64,000 nucleotides of DNA from contig DFOX01000009.1 of the NCBI GenBank assembly GCA_002376945.1, forward strand, positions 1,340-65,339, given 5' to 3'. The notes beneath the pieces were generated by a model. It worked only from the letters and a program-made list of their open reading frames with translations, ran no database searches and was not told the DNA's origin. This DNA is from Patescibacteria group bacterium UBA3530 (lineage in GTDB: Bacteria; Patescibacteriota; Minisyncoccia; Phycocordibacterales; UBA2100). The position numbers were made by a program, and so were the translations under genes. Shown here piece after piece: positions 58,659-64,000 of this stretch. The stretch's first letter is position 1. Each line of letters opens with the position of its first letter.

Positions 58659-59501
58659 ATGAAAAAGTATAAACCAACAACACCGGGTCGCCGAGGCATG
58701 ACACGCGTATCATACAAGAAGAAAGTAACGGCGGATAAACCGCTAAAAGCACTCACCCGCGGTATAAAGCGGCATGTTGGACGTAACTCGCAGGGACGCA
58801 TTACCACTCGCCACAAAGGAGGAGGCCATAAACGTCGATGGCGAGATATTGATTTTACCTACGACAAAATTGGTATTCCGGCAAAAATTGAGAGTATCGA
58901 ATATGATCCCAACCGAACAGCGTACATCGGATTGGCACTCTATGCGGATGGGGAACGGCGATACGTATTGGTACCGCAAACGATTACGGTCGGAGACACT
59001 TTCGTCGCCGCAGACGATGCGCCCGTCAAGACAGCAAATCGACTTCCTTTGAGAAACATTCCCATCGGTACGTTTGTGTATAATATCGGTCTCAAACCAA
59101 TGAGTGGTGCAAAAATCGCACGTTCTGCCGGAAACTATGCTGAAATTATCGCGCATGACGCCGGATACACTCAAGTGAAGATGCCCTCAAGTGAAATACG
59201 AAAGATACTCAGTAGCGCATGGGCCTGTGTGGGTGAAGTTTCAAATGAAGAACACAAACTGATGACGATTGGAAAAGCCGGACGTGCTCGTCACATGGGA
59301 CGACGCCCAACGGTCAGAGGCGCTGCTATGAATGCGGTTGATCACCCGCACGGAGGTGGAGAGGGTAAGGCGGGACGAGGACACCGCCGCGCTCGTTCCA
59401 AATGGGGCAAGCCGACTGGAAAGGGACAAAAAACGCGAAAAGCAAAGAAGTACTCAAACAAACTCATTGTGCGACGACGAAAAGTTGGTAAGAAGAGATA
59501 G
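58659..59501 (+). CDS. rplB: 50S ribosomal protein L2
   Basis: YDPNRTA, RGAAMNAVDHPHGGGEG. Confidence 0.98.
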   Translation: MKKYKPTTPGRRGMTRVSYKKKVTADKPLKALTRGIKRHVGRNSQGRITTRHKGGGHKRRWRDIDFTYDKIGIPAKIESIEYDPNRTAYIGLALYADGERRYVLVPQTITVGDTFVAADDAPVKTANRLPLRNIPIGTFVYNIGLKPMSGAKIARSAGNYAEIIAHDAGYTQVKMPSSEIRKILSSAWACVGEVSNEEHKLMTIGKAGRARHMGRRPTVRGAAMNAVDHPHGGGEGKAGRGHRRARSKWGKPTGKGQKTRKAKKYSNKLIVRRRKVGKKR

Positions 59502-59503
59502 GA

Positions 59504-59528
59504 AGAAGCCCCGCGGTGCGGGGCTCCC
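59504..59528. terminator. Hairpin between rplB and the antisense orphan
   Basis: AGCCCCGC-GGT-GCGGGGCT. Confidence 0.6.
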
Positions 59529-59529
59529 C

Positions 59530-59796
59530 TCATGATATATGTGCCTTGGCTTCGGCGATGACCCCTTCCGGGTCATTTTCCAGACGCTCGATGTACCGCC
59601 CGAGTCGTTGGTACTCGCCGTTGTCGCCTTTGCGTCGGCGCGCCTCGTTTCGGGCGTGACAGGCATTCAACCGCGCCTTTTCCAAAGCGGCGTCTGCCCT
59701 CATCCAGTGGAGCGTATGCTCCTCGTCGAAGCGAAAGTCGGGAGGAACTTCACATGCCTCCAACTTTCCTTCTCTGGATACGTTGTAGGCAAACAT
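59530..59796 (-). CDS. Orphan 88-aa protein inserted antisense in the S10 cluster
   Basis: GAGGAGG SD before ATG 59796 (MFAYNVSREG); visibly GC-richer than its neighbours. Confidence 0.6.
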   Translation of the reverse strand: MFAYNVSREGKLEACEVPPDFRFDEEHTLHWMRADAALEKARLNACHARNEARRRKGDNGEYQRLGRYIERLENDPEGVIAEAKAHIS

Positions 59797-59858
59797 GTCA
59801 TCCTCCTCTCTATACATGGGCCTACACACATCATACGCGATACGTGAGTAGATAACCA

Positions 59859-59887
59859 TTGACTTCTGTAGATATTTCACATAGTAT
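59859..59887 (+). promoter_or_regulatory. Internal promoter for rpsS onward
   Basis: TTGACT, 17 bp spacer, TAGTAT. Confidence 0.65.
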
Positions 59888-59973
59888 GTGGCCCACGCCA
59901 AGAAAGGCGGCTTCTTATTGCGAAGTGAGTGAGATACGAAACTCATTCTACACAGGCAATATATACAATCACT

Positions 59974-60300
59974 ATGACACGATCAGCAAAAAAAGGTCCG
60001 TACGTTGACCCTAAATTAATGAAGAAAATTGAAGGCAAGACTCCAGAATCCGCTGGGGTAATTACCACGTGGTCACGACGTTCGGATATTGCACCAGAAA
60101 TGGTAGGATTCACTTTCGGCGTTCACAATGGAAGACAACACATTCCCGTATTGGTTACCGAAGACATGGTAGGACACAAACTTGGAGAATTTTCACCTAC
60201 TAAAACATTCCATCGACACGGAGGTAAGATGCAGAAGGAAATGGAACAAAAGAAGAAAGAAGCTGAAATTTCAGCAGCTAAAGCAGCGAGAGCAGCATAA
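59974..60300 (+). CDS. rpsS: 30S ribosomal protein S19
   Basis: [28 protein letters not shown]. Confidence 0.97.
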   Translation: MTRSAKKGPYVDPKLMKKIEGKTPESAGVITTWSRRSDIAPEMVGFTFGVHNGRQHIPVLVTEDMVGHKLGEFSPTKTFHRHGGKMQKEMEQKKKEAEISAAKAARAA

Positions 60301-60308
60301 TATTTTGT

Positions 60309-60635
60309 ATGAGGGCTTTCTTAAAAAACTATTCACAAACACCACGAAAGGTTCGTCTGGTAGCCGACCTCATCCGTGGAAAGGACGTGCAAAAAGCTCG
60401 AGCCATTTTAACGTTTATTGACAAGAAGTCAGCGCCTGCTTTAAAGAAACTCCTCGAATCAGCAGTTGCAAACGCGGAGCACGCAAAGCAGGACACAAGC
60501 AATTTATTCGTGAAGGATATTCGGGTTGATCAAGGTTTGGAGCTCCGACGGTGGCGGCCGCGTGCCTTTGGGCGTGCCGCACCATTTCGTCGTCGAAAGA
60601 GTAGCGTAACACTAACACTGGCAGAAAAAGTATAA
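60309..60635 (+). CDS. rplV: 50S ribosomal protein L22
   Basis: PRKVRLVADLIRGK, SAVANA, PRAFGRA. Confidence 0.97.
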   Translation: MRAFLKNYSQTPRKVRLVADLIRGKDVQKARAILTFIDKKSAPALKKLLESAVANAEHAKQDTSNLFVKDIRVDQGLELRRWRPRAFGRAAPFRRRKSSVTLTLAEKV

Positions 60636-60639
60636 TTGT

Positions 60640-61308
60640 ATGACACACACGGTTCACCCATATGCACATCGACTCGGAATAATTCGTGACTGGAAGTCAC
60701 GATGGTTTGGAGGAAATCCAAAACAATACCGCGAAAACTTACGAATTGACACGACGCTTCGAGAGTTCCTCACAAAGCGTCTTCGAGGTTTCTATGTAAC
60801 GGCTCTTGAAATTGAACGTGATGAAAAAGAACTTCGTTTAAAAATTAAAACTTCCCGTCCGGGAATGGTTATCGGACGATCCGGAGAAGGAACACAATCT
60901 CTTCTTGCTGATATCACCACACAACTCCGAAAACTCAAGCTCGGCGAAGACATGCCCAATGTAAAAATCGACGTTGAAGAAGTGCGCTCACCCGAATCAC
61001 ATGCGGCGGTAGTGGCGTATATGGTTGCAGAAGGGCTTGAGAAGCGCATGCCGCATCGAAGAATTCTTAAACAAACAGTAGAGAAAGTAATGGCAAACCG
61101 GGATGTAAAAGGGGTGCGTATTTCCGTATCGGGACGATTGGGAGGAGCTGAAATGTCACGACGGGAGGAACTCAAAAAGGGACGTATCCCACTACAGACA
61201 TTCCGCGCAGATATTGATTACGCCAAAGAGAAGGCCTACTTACCCTATGGTGTGATCGGTATTAAGGTATGGGTGTATCGAGGAGATGTTTTTGAAGATG
61301 AACAATAG
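60640..61308 (+). CDS. rpsC: 30S ribosomal protein S3
   Basis: RPGMVIGR, GRLGGAEMSR, PLQTFRADID. Confidence 0.97.
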   Translation: MTHTVHPYAHRLGIIRDWKSRWFGGNPKQYRENLRIDTTLREFLTKRLRGFYVTALEIERDEKELRLKIKTSRPGMVIGRSGEGTQSLLADITTQLRKLKLGEDMPNVKIDVEEVRSPESHAAVVAYMVAEGLEKRMPHRRILKQTVEKVMANRDVKGVRISVSGRLGGAEMSRREELKKGRIPLQTFRADIDYAKEKAYLPYGVIGIKVWVYRGDVFEDEQ

Positions 61309-61311
61309 TCT

Positions 61312-61731
61312 ATGTTATTCCCCAAGAAAGTAAAACACCGAAAGTGGCAAACTGGCCGCGTAAACAAAAAGAAACTTGAGCGACCCGACTCACGTGGTGT
61401 TACCGTATCGTTTGGATCATATGGATTAAAGTCAATAGATCAAGCTAGAATCACCTCAAATCAAATTGAAGCATCGCGCAAGGTGATTGTGCGTACTATC
61501 GGGAAGATGGGAAAAATGTGGATACGTATTTTCCCCGACCGACCGTTTACCCAAAAAGCGGCCGAGGTTGGTATGGGTAAAGGAAAGGGAGACCCGCAAG
61601 GATATGTTGCTGAAATTCGACCGGGACGCATTCTGTTTGAGGTAGATGGTGTTTCAGAAGAGGTCGCGCGCAATGCACTGCGTAAGGCGGGAATGAAAAT
61701 GCCGGTAAAAACCAAAATTGTAGCTCGATAA
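61312..61731 (+). CDS. rplP: 50S ribosomal protein L16
   Basis: WIRIFPD, MGKGKG. Confidence 0.97.
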   Translation: MLFPKKVKHRKWQTGRVNKKKLERPDSRGVTVSFGSYGLKSIDQARITSNQIEASRKVIVRTIGKMGKMWIRIFPDRPFTQKAAEVGMGKGKGDPQGYVAEIRPGRILFEVDGVSEEVARNALRKAGMKMPVKTKIVAR

Positions 61732-61732
61732 T

Positions 61733-61915
61733 ATGACTGATTTTAAGAAAAAAAGTGTGAAAGATTTAGAGAAGTTCGTACGAGAGAAACGAGAAGCGCT
61801 TCGAGAATTTAGATTCAAAAGTGCCGGTTCGCGGACACGTAATGTGAGAGAAGGGCGCAACACACGTCGTGATATTGCTCGCGCATTGACAGAACGTAAT
61901 GTACGTAATAAATAG
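61733..61915 (+). CDS. rpmC: 50S ribosomal protein L29
   Basis: Expected position and RRDIARALT. Confidence 0.92.
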   Translation: MTDFKKKSVKDLEKFVREKREALREFRFKSAGSRTRNVREGRNTRRDIARALTERNVRNK

Positions 61916-61916
61916 T

Positions 61917-62162
61917 ATGACTGATGTAAAAACAAAAAAAGGGAAGATACTGCGTGGTGTGGTGGTCGGAACAGAAATGGACAAGACTGCAAAAGTTGCC
62001 GTTTCTCGCTACGTGCGACATCCAAAGTACAAGAAGTTCATCAAGCAAGTGAAAAAGTATCTAGTGCACGATGAGGAGAACACCGCGTGCGTGGGAGACA
62101 AGGTGGTCATTCGCGAGACGCGACCATTGTCAAAGAACAAGAATTTCGTAATAGAAAAGTAA
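61917..62162 (+). CDS. rpsQ: 30S ribosomal protein S17
   Basis: MDKT, HPKYKK, ETRPLSK. Confidence 0.96.
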   Translation: MTDVKTKKGKILRGVVVGTEMDKTAKVAVSRYVRHPKYKKFIKQVKKYLVHDEENTACVGDKVVIRETRPLSKNKNFVIEK

Positions 62163-62163
62163 T

Positions 62164-62535
62164 ATGATTCAACCACAAACCATAGTTAAGGTGACTGATA
62201 ATTCCGGAGGAAAGAGCGGACGTGTGTTTAAGGTGCTTGGTGGTTCAAAACGTCGCTATGCTCGAATTGGGGATGAAGTGGTACTCTCTATCCAATCAGC
62301 AGAGCCACGAAAGAATGTGAAAAAGAAGGATGTTTTGCGAGCAGTGATAGTGCGACAGCGACAACCTTTTCGACGCCGTGACGGTTCGTATATTCGGTTT
62401 GATGACAATGCGGTGGTCATCGTCGAAAAAGAAAAAAAGGAACCGCGCGCCAACCGTGTATTCGGACCAATTCCACGAGAGATTGCGGAGCGTGGGTACC
62501 AAAAAATTGTCTCGTTAGCACCTGAGGTTGTATAA
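62164..62535 (+). CDS. rplN: 50S ribosomal protein L14
   Basis: DNSGG, IRFDDNAVV, SLAPEV. Confidence 0.97.
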   Translation: MIQPQTIVKVTDNSGGKSGRVFKVLGGSKRRYARIGDEVVLSIQSAEPRKNVKKKDVLRAVIVRQRQPFRRRDGSYIRFDDNAVVIVEKEKKEPRANRVFGPIPREIAERGYQKIVSLAPEVV

Positions 62536-62539
62536 ATGT

Positions 62540-62848
62540 ATGAAAATTAAAAAAGGAGACAAAGTGATAGTTATCACCGGAAAGGACAAAGGAACCACCG
62601 GTACAGTGGTGCGTGCAATGCCGTCTGAGGATCGCGTCGTGGTTGAAGGTGTGCATGTTGCAAAACGGCATCAAAAGGCACGTCAGCGAGGGCAGACCGG
62701 TCAAATTGTTGACAAAACAATGCCCATACATGTATCAAACGTGGCGCTCGTTGATCCCAAGAGTGGTAAGCCAACACGTGTTGGTATTGAACGAAAAGAT
62801 GGAAAGCGTGTACGCGTCGCTAAAAAGAGCGGTACGATAATCAAGTAA
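62540..62848 (+). CDS. rplX: 50S ribosomal protein L24
   Basis: KKGDKVIVITGKDKG, PIHVSNV. Confidence 0.97.
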   Translation: MKIKKGDKVIVITGKDKGTTGTVVRAMPSEDRVVVEGVHVAKRHQKARQRGQTGQIVDKTMPIHVSNVALVDPKSGKPTRVGIERKDGKRVRVAKKSGTIIK

Positions 62849-62849
62849 T

Positions 62850-63389
62850 ATGCATACTATACAAGAGAAACAATCAAACATGTTTGCCGTTCTGAAAGAA
62901 AAGTTCGGATATACGAATGTTATGCAGGCACCGCGCTTGCAGAAGATCGTGGTGTCAGCAAAGGTAGGTTCGATCAAAGACAAGAACAAAATTGATTTGG
63001 TAATTGATCGTCTTGCACGCATTACGGGTCAAAAACCAAAAGCAAACGCGGCAAAAAAATCGATTGCGACATTCAAACTTCGCGAAGGGTCAATTATCGG
63101 GTATTCTGTAACGCTTCGCGGAAAACGTATGCACGATTTTCTTGATAAGTTGATTCATGTGGCACTGCCACGTACACGAGACTTTCGAGGATTGCACGTT
63201 ACCGCAATTGATGAGATGGGAAATTATACCATAGGCATTAAAGAGCACACGATATTCCCCGAGACGTCAGATGAAGAATTGAAGGACGTGTTTGGACTCG
63301 GTGTTACGCTTGTCACTACCGCAAAGACGAAAGCGGAAACAGAGCAATTTTTACGAGAGCTGGGATTACCGCTTCGGAAAGACGCATAG
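62850..63389 (+). CDS. rplE: 50S ribosomal protein L5
   Basis: ITGQKP, FKLREG, LPRTRDFRG, IFPE. Confidence 0.97.
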   Translation: MHTIQEKQSNMFAVLKEKFGYTNVMQAPRLQKIVVSAKVGSIKDKNKIDLVIDRLARITGQKPKANAAKKSIATFKLREGSIIGYSVTLRGKRMHDFLDKLIHVALPRTRDFRGLHVTAIDEMGNYTIGIKEHTIFPETSDEELKDVFGLGVTLVTTAKTKAETEQFLRELGLPLRKDA

Positions 63390-63390
63390 C

Positions 63391-63419
63391 AAAAATCACC
63401 CTTTCGCGGGTGGTTTTTT
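63391..63419 (+). terminator. Terminator after rplE
   Basis: AAAAATCACCC-TTTCGC-GGGTGGTTTTT. Confidence 0.7.
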
Positions 63420-63509
63420 AAACGGCTCAGTGGGTGAGCCGTTTAGCGTGATTGCTTTCTACCCTCATTTCGAGTATGGTTGCGGGGTATTCTTCTTTAT
63501 ACAAATCCG

Positions 63510-63538
63510 TTGACTTCCGCTACTCCTTCAGGTAATAT
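63510..63538 (+). promoter_or_regulatory. Internal promoter for rpsN onward
   Basis: TTGACT, 17 bp spacer, TAATAT. Confidence 0.6.
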
Positions 63539-63635
63539 ACCGACACCTTGCAAAAGGCCACAGTTTCATCGTGTAGGTAGGACTACACACTAACAAACAT
63601 GAGACCGGCCTTTTAATCGAGGCCTCGTTTGATAT

Positions 63636-63821
63636 ATGGCAAAGAAATCAATGATTGCAAAAGCACACAAAATACCGAAGTTCAATTCGCGTGTTGTTCG
63701 TCGTTGCTTTAAATGCGGTCGCCCACGCGGATACATGCGTGACTTTGGACTATGCCGTGTATGTTTCCGAGAAGAAGCGCTCGAGGGACACATTCCCGGG
63801 ATAAAAAAATCATCATGGTAG
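63636..63821 (+). CDS. rpsN: 30S ribosomal protein S14 (zinc-binding type Z)
   Basis: [10 protein letters not shown]...LCRVCFRE, ends KSSW. Confidence 0.97.
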   Translation: MAKKSMIAKAHKIPKFNSRVVRRCFKCGRPRGYMRDFGLCRVCFREEALEGHIPGIKKSSW

Positions 63822-64000
63822 GAGACCCAATCGGAGATTTCATAATTCGACTTAAAAACGCTGGTATGGTGAACCACGAGAGTGTTTCGGTGCCGCACTC
63901 AAAGATGAAAATGGCGATAGCGGAAGTGTTACACACCGCCGGGTTCGTGCAGAACGTAGAAAAGCGCGGCAAGAAGGTACGAAAGACCATACACGTAGAT
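63815..64000 (+). CDS. rpsH: 30S ribosomal protein S8 (partial, runs off right edge)
   Basis: Manual translation [17 protein letters not shown]...[11 protein letters not shown]...GFV. Confidence 0.95.
   Translation, partial: MVGDPIGDFIIRLKNAGMVNHESVSVPHSKMKMAIAEVLHTAGFVQNVEKRGKKVRKTIHVD

Noticed and set aside
1-64000. Alternative genetic code 25 (TGA=Gly)
   Set aside because: Conserved genes translate full length under code 11, and TGA ends genes such as comEC, the MBL gene and the DUF1653 gene.

Overview
This 64 kb window is chromosomal DNA from a genome-reduced bacterium, most likely Patescibacteria/CPR (Parcubacteria-like; standard code 11, TGA used as stop). The left part (1-34.2 kb) is mostly minus strand. 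It carries a VirB4/PrgI/VirB6-like secretion locus, rsmA, pcrA, a LysM-M23 peptidase, pnp-NYN-rpsO, a Xer recombinase, xth, a CCA-adding enzyme, four tRNAs, a K+ channel, a pilin, HU, rny, clpP, tig, ppa and nusA. The right part (34.5-64 kb) is mostly plus strand. It carries a type IV pilus pilB/pilC/minor-pilin cluster, tpiA, pgk, recJ, rnhA, a split comEC, an SOD, and the str/S10/spc ribosomal clusters up to a partial rpsH. Signals not explained by the gene list: (1) a candidate oriC at about 23.6 kb with DnaA-box-like 9-mers, three parS-like palindromes and an unexplained ATGTCCTTDA motif present in 11 exact copies in three intergenic clusters; (2) a self-contained ~90 nt two-hairpin RNA upstream of nusA; (3) many core genes with a -10 box 6-8 nt before the start codon (leaderless layout), in contrast to orphan mini-genes with their own promoter, Shine-Dalgarno site and terminator, one of which splits the S10 operon; (4) tRNA-Gly with A73, tRNA-Arg(UCG) and a naturally variant S12. 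All calls come from reading the sequence by eye; no database searches or folding programs were run.
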